NCBI GenBank assembly: GCA_028865035.1
Contig: JAGWLB010000004.1
Coordinates: forward strand, 1,294 to 65,293
Reading direction: 5' to 3'
Length of the DNA stretch: 64,000 nt
Source of the DNA: Patescibacteria group bacterium
GTDB taxonomy: Bacteria > Patescibacteriota > Minisyncoccia > Phycocordibacterales > UBA9973
This document shows positions 7,996-17,654 of this stretch, piece by piece. A program made the position numbers and the translations under genes. The notes under the pieces are model-generated. The model did no database searches and was not told the DNA's origin. It worked only from the letters and a program-made list of their open reading frames with translations. Position 1 is the stretch's first letter, and every line of letters begins with the position of its first letter.

Positions 7996-8238
7996 TTAGA
8001 CAACAGCAGAAGCATTATTACTTTGTGAAATAAAAGCAAAATTGTTTTTAGTATTACAAGATTTTTTTGCTTGCTCTATAATGCTTTTAGAAGCACCGGC
8101 TTGCCGTAATAATGTTACTACGGTTTGTACATTTTTTGATGCACTAATGGCAAGTTGTGATTTTGACTTTTGGACGGGATTAGAGACTCTCATTAATTTC
8201 ATAACTAACAATATTTTTTGGGTTTTAAAAAATAACAA
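7996..8238 (-). CDS. possible small hypothetical protein (80 aa)
   Basis: Hydrophilic Lys-rich ORF in the tRNA-Glu/murF intergenic region. Could be spurious. Confidence 0.25.
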   Translation of the reverse strand: MLFFKTQKILLVMKLMRVSNPVQKSKSQLAISASKNVQTVVTLLRQAGASKSIIEQAKKSCNTKNNFAFISQSNNASAVV

Positions 8239-8295
8239 TACAATTTATACAATTGATAAGTATTATACATTTTACTGTATTTATGTCAATAAATA

Positions 8296-9597
8296 CTATC
8301 TATTTTTCCATTCTGGTTCTTGTCGGCACAAAAGCTTAGTTTTGAGCTCTGGGTGGGCCATAATGGCCTCTACAGCGCGCTCTAAGCGTATTCCTTGTGA
8401 ACCTTTAAGTAAGACTGCATCTCCTTCTTTTATATATCCTTTAAGGAATTCTGCGGCCATTGTCGAAGTATCGAATATCTCTATCTTATTATCAGGATAA
8501 CCTTGATCAAAAGCTCCTTCAGCTATGTACTTTGCTCTAGGTCCTACTACTATAAGTAAATCAACTATAGGAAAAACTTTCTCCCCCACTTCACGATGAG
8601 CACTTTCGGTCATTTTCCCAAGCTCAAGCATATCACCCAAGACAGCTATCTTTCTTTTGCTTTTTATATCGGCGAGCACATTAATAGCAGCTTCCATAGC
8701 TACAGGTGAAGAGTTGTAAGTATCATCAATGATAATTGAATTATGAATACCTTCTATGTACGACAGACGGCCAGGAGGTGTTGTATACTCAGCAATTGCA
8801 TTTATAGACTGGAGTAAATCACAACCAATTTCGTGTGCAACCGCAATTGCTGCTAGGGCTTGGCCAATATAATGCATACCAATCAGATGAGGCAACATTA
8901 CTGGGAAAGTATTCCCATCATACTCTAACTTGAAGCTAATGCCTTCCGGTAAAGTTAAGTCGTTCTCATTTTTATATTTGTATGCCGGATAAGTAGCATG
9001 AAATGTAGAATTTTCATGAAATCCATATGATATAGTTTTACGATTTGCTTTCTCGTGAAGAGCATAGACTTTCTCATCATCATGATTTAAGACCAAAATA
9101 CCATCCGGCTTTAAAGCAAAAGCTAAATAACTTTTTTCTTCAATAATTTTATCTACGCTACCAAAGAATTCCACATGGACTGGTTTATCTGGAAAGCAAG
9201 TTATTACAACAATGTCTGGGGATAGCCAAGTGGTAACATTCTTAATGTCATTAGGCTTCCCTGCTCCGACTTCTAATATGAGCCACTCTGGATATGGTTG
9301 CTTTTTTAGAATCAAAATAAAGCTACGTATTATATTCTCAAACCATATTAATGGGTTGTTCCATCCATTCGGGCAACCTAATATCGTAAGAGGTAAACCT
9401 ATTTCGCTATTGTAACTTTTTTCACTTTTGCGAACGGTTTTAAATTTAGAAAGTATAGTAAAAATAGCATCCTTAGTAGAAGTCTTACCGACAGATCCGG
9501 TGATAGCTATGATTTTCGGATGGTAGCGTTTGAGGACTAGACGTGCTTGCCAAGTAATAATAGTAACGGTAATTTTTTTAAATGTTTTTTTAATCAT
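8296..9597 (-). CDS. murF: UDP-N-acetylmuramoyl-tripeptide--D-alanyl-D-alanine ligase (MurF), short form
   Basis: Mur ligase P-loop IAITGSVGKTSTKDAI. Position directly after ftsI in the dcw cluster. Carries the Mur ligase C-terminal domain. Confidence 0.75.
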   Translation of the reverse strand: MIKKTFKKITVTIITWQARLVLKRYHPKIIAITGSVGKTSTKDAIFTILSKFKTVRKSEKSYNSEIGLPLTILGCPNGWNNPLIWFENIIRSFILILKKQPYPEWLILEVGAGKPNDIKNVTTWLSPDIVVITCFPDKPVHVEFFGSVDKIIEEKSYLAFALKPDGILVLNHDDEKVYALHEKANRKTISYGFHENSTFHATYPAYKYKNENDLTLPEGISFKLEYDGNTFPVMLPHLIGMHYIGQALAAIAVAHEIGCDLLQSINAIAEYTTPPGRLSYIEGIHNSIIIDDTYNSSPVAMEAAINVLADIKSKRKIAVLGDMLELGKMTESAHREVGEKVFPIVDLLIVVGPRAKYIAEGAFDQGYPDNKIEIFDTSTMAAEFLKGYIKEGDAVLLKGSQGIRLERAVEAIMAHPELKTKLLCRQEPEWKNR

Positions 9598-9599
9598 AA

Positions 9600-11312
9600 T
9601 TATCTATCTGGTGGAACATCGTAATAGTTCATAAGGAATTTAGTAATGTCGACAAATGGTCCGATGAGTGTCTCTGAAGAGTAATCTACATGTTTAGGAT
9701 TCTTTAGGAAAAGGAAAATTATAAATTTGGGATCATAAGCTGGAAAAAATCCAAAGAAAGAGTGAGTATGGCGGTCTGGGTAGTAACCTTTACCATTCTC
9801 CATAGCTATCTGAGCAGTTCCAGTCTTTGAACCAACACTGTAATGCGTAAATTTATACTTGCCATTGTAATAAGATTCAAAGACATGCACAAGCATACGA
9901 CTGATAGTCACAGATGTCTCCTTTTTTATTATACCTTGTTTTGTTATTGGATAGTCAATAGTTTTAGATGATCCATCATTGTAACGAATCTGCTTCACAA
10001 GATGCGGAGTTACTAAATTACCACCATTTATAATAGAAGAAAAAGCTCGTACTGCCTCTATGGGTGTAATAGCTATACCTTGACCGAAAGCAGCATCGGC
10101 ATACTCTATGTCGCGTGGACTCTCTAGATTCTTTATAAGGCCTGATGTTTCATTTGGTAAATCAATACCGGTCTTATCACCTAAACCATAAGCTTTCAGG
10201 TATGTACGCATATTATCATGCCCAAGTTTACCAGCAACAAAAACCATTCCAGTATTTAATGATTGATCTAAGACAGTCTGCATAGTTGCGAGACCACGAC
10301 CTTTTTTATCAAAGTTATAAATATCATGATTATTCACAGTTACTACACCTTTATCAAAGTAAGTTGTATCTGGTGTTAATAAATTCAGATCAAGTGCAGC
10401 TGCCATAACAAGAGGTTTAATTACTGATCCAAATTCAAATACATTTTCAATGTCTGGGTTTCTGTAATAATCAACGTTTGATACATTTCCGAAATCATTT
10501 AAATCAAAGTCAGGTAGTCCAGCTATTGCATATATCTCTCCGTTTTGTGGATTCATAATAATACCGCCGGCTTGATCTGCACTCCAAGTATTAAGAGCTC
10601 CAGACAACTCAGATTCTAGTATATGCTGAGTAGATGGCTCAATAGTTGTAACAATATCACCCTGTTTTACTTTATCACTTGAGATAGAATCACGTAAGTT
10701 TGAAAATACTTCAGCAAAAAAATTCACATCTTCCTGATTTTTAGGTTTAGATAAAACAGAGTCATAATAACGCTCTAAACCATACTGACCAACCTTATCG
10801 TTACCTTTATAAGCCAAGAATCCTAGTGTCTGTGATGCAAGTGTACCTCCTGGATAAAAACGCCAATTATCTTTATAAATAGATACGCCATGCAAATGTA
10901 AGCTATCGATTTGATCAGCTTGTTCTTTAGTCAAATGCGTAGCGATTTCTTCATATGGATCGTTAGGCTTTGATGCTCTATCAATAAAAGTGGTATGGTC
11001 TATTTTTATATATGGACTTAGTGCTGCATATATAGCTTCTTTGTCTACTATTTCATTTGGGTCTATAGCAAGCTTATATCCACTAGCGACAGTCCCAGCA
11101 GCGACAAGAGTATTATCTTTTTTTGAGAAAAAGATTGTTCCACGGTCAAAAATATTACCAGCAGGTGTAGCGTATTGTTTATCTGCACGCTCGGCATAAT
11201 AATTTTTATGTATTATCTGAACAAAAACAAGTTTTGTGATGAGTATACTAGAAAAGATGAATATGATTATCGAAATAAATCGTATTCTTGATTTGAACAA
11301 CGATGGTTTCAT
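9600..11312 (-). CDS. ftsI: penicillin-binding protein (class B transpeptidase), FtsI
   Basis: N-terminal TM. SXXK motif at SVIKP and KTG motif at KTGTAQ. Follows ftsL. Confidence 0.8.
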   Translation of the reverse strand: MKPSLFKSRIRFISIIIFIFSSILITKLVFVQIIHKNYYAERADKQYATPAGNIFDRGTIFFSKKDNTLVAAGTVASGYKLAIDPNEIVDKEAIYAALSPYIKIDHTTFIDRASKPNDPYEEIATHLTKEQADQIDSLHLHGVSIYKDNWRFYPGGTLASQTLGFLAYKGNDKVGQYGLERYYDSVLSKPKNQEDVNFFAEVFSNLRDSISSDKVKQGDIVTTIEPSTQHILESELSGALNTWSADQAGGIIMNPQNGEIYAIAGLPDFDLNDFGNVSNVDYYRNPDIENVFEFGSVIKPLVMAAALDLNLLTPDTTYFDKGVVTVNNHDIYNFDKKGRGLATMQTVLDQSLNTGMVFVAGKLGHDNMRTYLKAYGLGDKTGIDLPNETSGLIKNLESPRDIEYADAAFGQGIAITPIEAVRAFSSIINGGNLVTPHLVKQIRYNDGSSKTIDYPITKQGIIKKETSVTISRMLVHVFESYYNGKYKFTHYSVGSKTGTAQIAMENGKGYYPDRHTHSFFGFFPAYDPKFIIFLFLKNPKHVDYSSETLIGPFVDITKFLMNYYDVPPDR

Positions 11313-11638
11313 TATCGTATCGCGACACTATCGGTGTTATTGCGAGTAATAAATATATTATTTTTCGCATCAACAAACCCTAAAGACATAGCGTAACTTT
11401 TATCAATTTTATTTGTACTATTCAAATAAGTGAGTTCCAGATTACTAACCTTAGAGCTGAGGGTTAATACAGTAGACTCTAAAGATTTACGGGCAAGAAT
11501 ATTAAAAGTAATAGCTCCAATTAAATACGCATAAACTATAGATAGAACAATAAGCATACTGACAAATACACGAAATATAACTTTTCGAGTATCTCTATCT
11601 TTTACAATTTCTATAGTTAATGTTTTTGCTTTATTCAT
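11312..11638 (-). CDS. ftsL: cell division protein FtsL-like (small TM protein)
   Basis: 108 aa with a single TM helix, located between rsmH and ftsI. Confidence 0.55.
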   Translation of the reverse strand: MNKAKTLTIEIVKDRDTRKVIFRVFVSMLIVLSIVYAYLIGAITFNILARKSLESTVLTLSSKVSNLELTYLNSTNKIDKSYAMSLGFVDAKNNIFITRNNTDSVAIR

Positions 11639-12528
11639 ATCTTTTCTATTATTCTTAATTTTGCACTACGTGAACGTGTATTTTGATTAATTTCTAATGA
11701 TGTTGGTATAATTGGCTTTTTTGTAATAATGTTTGCATATCCTTTTTGCTTAAGTGAGATGAACGCTTTCTTTACAATACGATCTTCTAAACTATGAAAG
11801 GTAATAATAGCTATGCGTCCTCCTTTCGATAACTTTTCCCAGCCATTTTCGATAACTTTCTCTAGATTAGTAAGTTCAGCATTAGTAGCAATTCGTAGTG
11901 CTTGGAAAGTACGAGTAGATGGATGAATTTTCATATTTCGGTAAGCTTTGCCCACTGCTTTGTCAATAATGTCTACAAGATCAAAAGTTGTTTCAATTTT
12001 TTTCTCTTTTCTGGCTTCGACGATAGCTTTAGCAATCTTTCTAGAATACTTCTCTTCACCAAAACCATAGATAATGTCGGCTAGTGTTTTCTCTTCCCAG
12101 GTATTTACGATATCAAGAGCTGTTAAATCTTCATCATTAGGATTTTTCTTCATTGTCATTAAAAGTGGTTCATCTTTAAGGAAAGAAAATCCTCGCCCTG
12201 CGTCTTCTAATTGGAATGAACTTAAACCTAAATCAAGCAAGATTCGATCAACATATGTGATATGTAACTCATCTAAGACTTTACAGATATCTTGAAAGCC
12301 AACAGTCTTGAAAGTAATATCAGAAGACATATCAGCGATAAGATCTTTTGTCCTAGCAATAGCATCGGAATCAAAATCGAGAGCTATTATCTTCACACTT
12401 GAACCAAAACGCTTAATGATCTCAAGAGTATGACCTCCACCACCCAAAGTACCGTCAACTATAGTATCGCCTGGCTTAATCTGTAGACCATCGATTAATT
12501 CATCTTTAAGCACGGATATATGTGTCAT
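11635..12528 (-). CDS. rsmH: 16S rRNA (cytosine1402-N4)-methyltransferase RsmH (MraW)
   Basis: HISVLKDELIDGL...DGTLGGGGHT N-terminal signature. Confidence 0.9.
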   Translation of the reverse strand: MTHISVLKDELIDGLQIKPGDTIVDGTLGGGGHTLEIIKRFGSSVKIIALDFDSDAIARTKDLIADMSSDITFKTVGFQDICKVLDELHITYVDRILLDLGLSSFQLEDAGRGFSFLKDEPLLMTMKKNPNDEDLTALDIVNTWEEKTLADIIYGFGEEKYSRKIAKAIVEARKEKKIETTFDLVDIIDKAVGKAYRNMKIHPSTRTFQALRIATNAELTNLEKVIENGWEKLSKGGRIAIITFHSLEDRIVKKAFISLKQKGYANIITKKPIIPTSLEINQNTRSRSAKLRIIEKI

Positions 12529-12529
12529 A

Positions 12530-12964
12530 TTAAAGAACTCCTATTTGCCCTAATTTATCAGCGAGGGCGTCAGCCTGTGTCTCTACAATCTTTTTGTAAT
12601 CATTCCATGCTTTCTCATTCCAGATTTCTACTCGGTTTTGAACTCCTATTACAGTCACCTTACTAGACAAGCCTGAACGATTCTTTAAATTTTCCGGGAT
12701 TAGTATTCGGCCACTTACATCTACATCTACAACGACAGCCTGACCAAACATAAATCTCGAGAAACTTCTATTATCTGTTGCTAGCATCGATGAATCAGAA
12801 AGCTTTTTTGATATTTTCTCCCATTCCTTTGCAGTAAAAATCGAGAGACAATTATCCAAGCCTGGTGCAACCACAACACTCTTCCCCATTTCTTTTCGGA
12901 ATTTGACTGGCAATGACATACGATTCTTGTCATCTAATGTGTGAGTGTATTCTCCGATGAGCAT
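12530..12964 (-). CDS. mraZ: transcriptional regulator MraZ (start trimmed to MLIGEY)
   Basis: MLIGEYTHTLDDKNRMSLPVKFR duplicated-domain MraZ signature. The longer ORF-track N-terminus overlaps the promoter and GTGGG boxes. Confidence 0.85.
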   Translation of the reverse strand: MLIGEYTHTLDDKNRMSLPVKFRKEMGKSVVVAPGLDNCLSIFTAKEWEKISKKLSDSSMLATDNRSFSRFMFGQAVVVDVDVSGRILIPENLKNRSGLSSKVTVIGVQNRVEIWNEKAWNDYKKIVETQADALADKLGQIGVL

Positions 12965-12989
12965 AATATTTTTAGGGATGAAATTATTT

Positions 12990-13060
12990 ACTTCCCACTT
13001 CATCCCACTGCATTTAATTATATACCACTCTGTCCCACAATACAAACACAATCCCCCACT
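12990..13060 (-). promoter_or_regulatory. mraZ (Pmra) promoter with GTGGG direct repeats (candidate MraZ boxes)
   Basis: On the minus strand: TTGTAT, 17 nt, TATAAT (plus 13017-13045). GTGGG repeats at plus 12995-12999 and 13004-13008 (10-nt period), 13034-13038 and 13055-13059. Confidence 0.5.
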
Positions 13061-13092
13061 TTAACTGTGGATAACTAGAAAAATTATTTACT

Positions 13093-13121
13093 TTGACATT
13101 ATATTAAAAATATGCTACTAT
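13093..13121 (+). promoter_or_regulatory. sigma-70-like promoter (TTGACA, 17 nt, TACTAT)
   Basis: Read directly. A consensus -35 with 17-nt spacing. Confidence 0.4.
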
Positions 13122-13293
13122 ATGATTAGGTATAAAACAATTGTTCTTTCAAGAATAAATCTAGCTACTTAAAATATCTAGATTTAAAATTTCAATAAGG
13201 AGGTACTTGTGCCAAATAAAATTATTTAGGCATGTTACAAAACTTACTTCCCGATAAACACTGCCGTAATTGGAATTTTCAAAAAGAACACAG

Positions 13294-13328
13294 CACCCGT
13301 ATCCTTAAGGCTACGGGTGTTTTTTATT
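13294..13328 (+). terminator. rho-independent terminator (cacccgta/tacgggtg followed by TTTTTTATT)
   Basis: 8-bp stem followed by a T-run. Lies between the 13093 promoter and the 13405 gene. Confidence 0.6.
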
Positions 13329-13404
13329 AAGCTTGCTAATTTTTCTACACTATTGTAAAATTCCACAAAATCAAATATTAATTATCTAAAATAAGGAGGT
13401 CAAA

Positions 13405-13656
13405 ATGAGGACAAAATTAGACATTAACCATCCTTACAAAAGATGGCTAATATCAAAGATACTTCAGGAATCAAAACTAAAACTAAACAATTTAGAAGAA
13501 AACGAAAAAGTTATGAATACTTTAAATGATGAAATTGATTGTTTCTTTCTAAAAGACCCACATCAATGCATCTTCTTTAAAGATTTTATAGATCAATTAG
13601 TAAAAATTGCTGATGAAGTAATTAAAAAAATAAATACACAGAAATGCAGTGTGTAA
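13405..13656 (+). CDS. hypothetical protein (83 aa)
   Basis: Strong RBS AAGGAGGT 6 nt before the ATG. Terminator downstream. Confidence 0.55.
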   Translation: MRTKLDINHPYKRWLISKILQESKLKLNNLEENEKVMNTLNDEIDCFFLKDPHQCIFFKDFIDQLVKIADEVIKKINTQKCSV

Positions 13657-13658
13657 AT

Positions 13659-13690
13659 TTAAAAATCGCCTTAAAAAGCGATTTTTTTAT
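13659..13690. terminator. bidirectional rho-independent terminator (aatcgc/gcgatt flanked by A- and T-runs)
   Basis: aaaaatcgccttaaaaagcgattttttt lies between the convergent 13405 gene and lysS. Confidence 0.6.
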
Positions 13691-15144
13691 TCTCTGGGTT
13701 TCATTAATGGAAATAGTTGTGTTTCTCTAATTGGTTTATCTACCATAAAAGAAAATAGTCTCTCTCCAAATCCAAATCCACAAGTTGGTGGCATACCATG
13801 CTCAAGCATTTCGACGAATTCCCATTCAGGTTGCATTGCTTCCTCGTCACCTTTATCAATGAGTTTCTGTTGTAATTCAAAACGAGCACGTTGATCAATA
13901 GGATCATTGAGTTCTGAGAATCCATTACCTACTTCACTTCCAGCAATAATTATTTGAAATCTCTCTGTTAATTCTGGATTATCAGTACAAGATTTAGAAA
14001 GTGGCGATACAAGTTTAGGGTGATGAACCAAAAACACAGGTCCAGCAATATTCTTACGGCAATACTTCCAAAGTGTATCCATTAATCTTTCACGATTATC
14101 TCCTTCATATTTTACATCAAGTTCATCTAGCTTACTTTTCATATCTTGATCTGATGATCTTAATACATCTATACCTGTTTGTCTCAGAACTTCTGTTTGA
14201 TAATCAACAATAGGCCAATCGCTACCAAGATCAAAAGTATGGCCACGTGTTGAAAAAACGGTTGTCCCAAAAACTTCTTTTGCAATAGTCTGGTATAAAT
14301 CTTGGGTTAACTTCATACCATCTTTATAATTCGCATATGCCCAATAGAATTCCATATTAGTAAACTCTTGTATATGATCTGCGCTTGTACCTTCATTCCT
14401 ATAAGCGCGACCGATTTCAAATGTTTTTGGAAAACCTGCGGCCATAAGACGCTTTTGCCATAATTCTCCTATTGAAATACGTAAAAATATATCAATATCA
14501 AAGTCTTTATGATAAGTCTTAAAAGGATTAGCTTCTGCCCCACCGGTAGTAATCTCAAGTGTAGGTGTCTCAACTTCTAAGAATCCGTGATCTTTCATAA
14601 AAGATCTTGTTACTTCCCAGAAGCGTGATTTTTTAATAAAAAGATCTTGAAGTTCTGATGTTGTAAGAATATCTAAATATCTTTTTCTGAAACGTTCTTC
14701 TATGTCTTGTAATCCGTGCCATTTATCTGGTAAGGGAGCAAGTGCTTTAGTTAATATTCTCCAATTTTTAACAAGGATAGTTTTTTCGTTTGTTTTAGTC
14801 AAGAATAAAGTTCCAGTGACTTCAATAAAATCTGCATTATCTATTGTCTGAGTGAAAAGTGAAAATAGATTATCATCTAACTCTCCTTTTTTGACTAATG
14901 CTTGGAAAGTACCTGTACCATCAGTAAAATTAAAAAACATTATTGCTCCTTGTCCGCGTATAATCATAATGCGACCAGAAAGTGTAACACTTTGAGATGA
15001 TTCAGAAAGTAAAGGAAAACCAGTAACAGCTTCGCTTATAGTATGTGTACGAAACGATGAAGAAGAGAATGGGTTCATTCCAGCTTCTTTTAACTTTTCA
15101 ATTTTTGCAATTCTAGTTTGCTTTAATTCTTCTAGTGAGGCCAT
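13687..15144 (-). CDS. lysS: lysyl-tRNA synthetase (class II)
   Basis: Class II motifs including FELQQ...; ...AGSEVGNGFSELNDP; GMPPTCGFGFGERL. Confidence 0.9.
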   Translation of the reverse strand: MASLEELKQTRIAKIEKLKEAGMNPFSSSSFRTHTISEAVTGFPLLSESSQSVTLSGRIMIIRGQGAIMFFNFTDGTGTFQALVKKGELDDNLFSLFTQTIDNADFIEVTGTLFLTKTNEKTILVKNWRILTKALAPLPDKWHGLQDIEERFRKRYLDILTTSELQDLFIKKSRFWEVTRSFMKDHGFLEVETPTLEITTGGAEANPFKTYHKDFDIDIFLRISIGELWQKRLMAAGFPKTFEIGRAYRNEGTSADHIQEFTNMEFYWAYANYKDGMKLTQDLYQTIAKEVFGTTVFSTRGHTFDLGSDWPIVDYQTEVLRQTGIDVLRSSDQDMKSKLDELDVKYEGDNRERLMDTLWKYCRKNIAGPVFLVHHPKLVSPLSKSCTDNPELTERFQIIIAGSEVGNGFSELNDPIDQRARFELQQKLIDKGDEEAMQPEWEFVEMLEHGMPPTCGFGFGERLFSFMVDKPIRETQLFPLMKPRE

Positions 15145-15149
15145 ATCTT

Positions 15150-15614
15150 CTATTGTATATCAACAATAGTGTATTTGACTAGTCCTTTAGGTGTACTAAT
15201 AGATACAACATCATTTTTAGTCTTACCAAAAAGTGCTTCTCCAAGTGGTGATTTATTTGAAATTTTATTCTTTGTCATATCTGCTTCTTCAGATCCTACA
15301 ATACTGTATGACACTGTATCTTTTGAATGTTCTTTTTTTACGATTACTGTCGTGCCTATTTCTACTTTATTACTATGATGCTTTTTTACAACTACAGCCG
15401 ACTGCAACATATACTCTATCTGATTTATACGATCTTCAGTCTTACCTTGATCTTCACGAGCTTGATGGTATTCAGCATTCTCAGAAAGATCCCCTAAGGC
15501 TTTAGCGGCCTCTAAAGACTCTAATATTTCTTTACGTTTAACGGTTTTTAGATTATTAAGTTCTACTATTAATGCTTGTTTTTTTTCTTCTGTTATATAA
15601 TGTATTTCATCCAT
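15150..15614 (-). CDS. greA: transcription elongation factor GreA
   Basis: N-terminal coiled-coil (LSENAEYHQAREDQG) and a C-terminal FKBP-like domain. Confidence 0.85.
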   Translation of the reverse strand: MDEIHYITEEKKQALIVELNNLKTVKRKEILESLEAAKALGDLSENAEYHQAREDQGKTEDRINQIEYMLQSAVVVKKHHSNKVEIGTTVIVKKEHSKDTVSYSIVGSEEADMTKNKISNKSPLGEALFGKTKNDVVSISTPKGLVKYTIVDIQ

Positions 15615-15655
15615 AATCGCTATAGTATATAGACTTTTAATGAATAAGTCAAAGG

Positions 15656-17353
15656 TTATTTAAAGTATTCTGGTGTATTTGCTGTCATATAATCTATAAC
15701 TTCACTCATAACTCTCGTTGCGTTACCAGAAGCTGCTTTTGGACCTTTCTCCATTAAAATAGCGAATGAATATCTAGGGTGATCATATGGGAAAAATCCA
15801 ACAATCCAAGAGTTAGTATTCGTATTGCCGTAGCCTATCTGAGCAGTACCAGACTTGGCTGCTACTTTTACTGTAGGTAGATCAAGGGCTCTAGCAGTTC
15901 CTTCTATGACAACATCACGCATAGCATTCTGGATGATTTTAAGATAATCGGGATTTAAGTTAATATTTGTCTTTTTTGCTTCCATTTCTTTGTCCCCTAA
16001 TCTTATGTGTGGAGTAGGAATTATGCCATTATTTGCAATTCCTGCTACAGCTCTAACCATCTGTATGGGTGTGACTTGAAATCCATATTGACCAATCGAG
16101 GTATTGTAAGTGTCACCAACTCTCCACTCTTCTCCATTAAAGGTTTTGGCTTTCCATTCTGGTGTTGGGATAATACCATTTTTTTCTCCACCAAGATCTA
16201 TTCCTGTTTTTGCAGCAATCCCGAACAAGCTAACATATTTATCAATATTATCTATACCTAATCCTTTTTGATCTTGGAAACCTCCTCCTACTTCATAAAA
16301 ATAAACATCAGATGAAACTGTAATAGCTTTGGTCATATCTATATATCCAAATGAACCGTGGTCTTTAAAAATTGTTTTCATATCTGGGAAAAATGGATTA
16401 GGTATTGAGATAGAACCATTTGCTAAGATCTTTTTTAATGGATCAATAACATTCTCTGCAAGTGCTCCATAAGCGATGAATGGTTTGATGATCGAACCTG
16501 GAGTATAAAGACCAGAAACAGCACGATTTAAAAACACCTTTCTTTTATCAGAAAAATATTCATTAATTGTTTTTGTATCCTGACCAGAAGAAAGAATCGT
16601 AGAATTGTATTCTGGGTAACTTGTTAAGGCTATTAGCTCTCCTGTTTTAATATCCATTAAAGCACCGGCTCCACCAGAGAAAGAAACATCTTTGGCCATA
16701 GATTCGATGTAGTTATACATTGCTTTTTCTATACGTGAATCTATAGAGAGCTTAATATCTTCACCAGCTTTTGGTAATGAAACTGTATTTTCAGATTGAA
16801 TCTGACCACGAACATCTGTCTCTGTTATGCGTACACCATTTACTCCAGTAAGTTGATCGTTGTAGTATTTTTCCACACCATCTTTTCCTATGAAAGTATC
16901 TTGCCAATAATTACCTGACGAATCACGAGACGGTGAGCTTGTATAACCTAGTAAAAGACCAAAACCAGGATCAGCAATATATGTCCTTTGCGGTGCTGAA
17001 AATTTATTAATATCATTCTTATCCCAAGTATTCCAAGCCAATAGAACATTATCCCTATCATAAATTAATCCCCTGTCTGCAAAGATAGGTTGCTCAGATA
17101 AAGTATTATTTTCACTTTTTTTATAAAAAGCTTCACCACGGATAATTTGTAAATCACTTAATTTAAATATAAATACAAAAGCAGTAAAAATAAAAAATGC
17201 TCCTAGGAAAAAGATAGAGCTTTTAGGGATTGCCTTTTCTAGTCTTCCTTCAAACTGTTGAGTATTAAAATTAGGTAAATTCTTAGAATCAAGGAAAATT
17301 TCATCCAGATCAATCTCCTGTTTTATCTTTTTTTTATTAATTTTAAATTTCAT
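15656..17353 (-). CDS. penicillin-binding protein 2-like class B transpeptidase (MrdA-like)
   Basis: N-terminal TM. SXXK at SIIKP and KSGTAQ. It is the second class B PBP in the window. Confidence 0.7.
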   Translation of the reverse strand: MKFKINKKKIKQEIDLDEIFLDSKNLPNFNTQQFEGRLEKAIPKSSIFFLGAFFIFTAFVFIFKLSDLQIIRGEAFYKKSENNTLSEQPIFADRGLIYDRDNVLLAWNTWDKNDINKFSAPQRTYIADPGFGLLLGYTSSPSRDSSGNYWQDTFIGKDGVEKYYNDQLTGVNGVRITETDVRGQIQSENTVSLPKAGEDIKLSIDSRIEKAMYNYIESMAKDVSFSGGAGALMDIKTGELIALTSYPEYNSTILSSGQDTKTINEYFSDKRKVFLNRAVSGLYTPGSIIKPFIAYGALAENVIDPLKKILANGSISIPNPFFPDMKTIFKDHGSFGYIDMTKAITVSSDVYFYEVGGGFQDQKGLGIDNIDKYVSLFGIAAKTGIDLGGEKNGIIPTPEWKAKTFNGEEWRVGDTYNTSIGQYGFQVTPIQMVRAVAGIANNGIIPTPHIRLGDKEMEAKKTNINLNPDYLKIIQNAMRDVVIEGTARALDLPTVKVAAKSGTAQIGYGNTNTNSWIVGFFPYDHPRYSFAILMEKGPKAASGNATRVMSEVIDYMTANTPEYFK

Positions 17354-17612
17354 TTTTATATATAATTATATATCTGCGAAGTGTCTGAATACCTGTATAG
17401 ACCAAGCCAACAGCTAAAAAATACCAAATGGGTGAAGATATAAATCGATGTCCAGGTATAGAGTATAGTGAATATATAATAATCCACATTAATATAAATT
17501 CATAAAACTGCTTGAATATAAATATACCTATAAATACTATAATCGTGGATATCCACCAAGGCATAGTAAACACAGAAATAAAAAGCAATAAATCAAAAAT
17601 AACTCGCTTCAT
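17343..17612 (-). CDS. small integral membrane protein (hypothetical, possibly MreD-like)
   Basis: 89 aa with 2-3 TM helices. Overlaps the PBP2 start. Confidence 0.4.
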   Translation of the reverse strand: MKRVIFDLLLFISVFTMPWWISTIIVFIGIFIFKQFYEFILMWIIIYSLYSIPGHRFISSPIWYFLAVGLVYTGIQTLRRYIIIYKNEI

Positions 17613-17654
17613 AAAGACAATTATACTTTATAATATCGATATTGACAAACACTG

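Noticed and set aside
8042-8500. 152-aa plus-strand ORF overlapping the 3' end of murF
   Set aside because: Cys/Phe-rich, antisense to murF, no start context.
12965-13051. N-terminal 29-codon extension of the mraZ ORF
   Set aside because: It would translate through the -10 box and GTGGG operator repeats. The conserved MraZ sequence begins at MLIGEY (12964).
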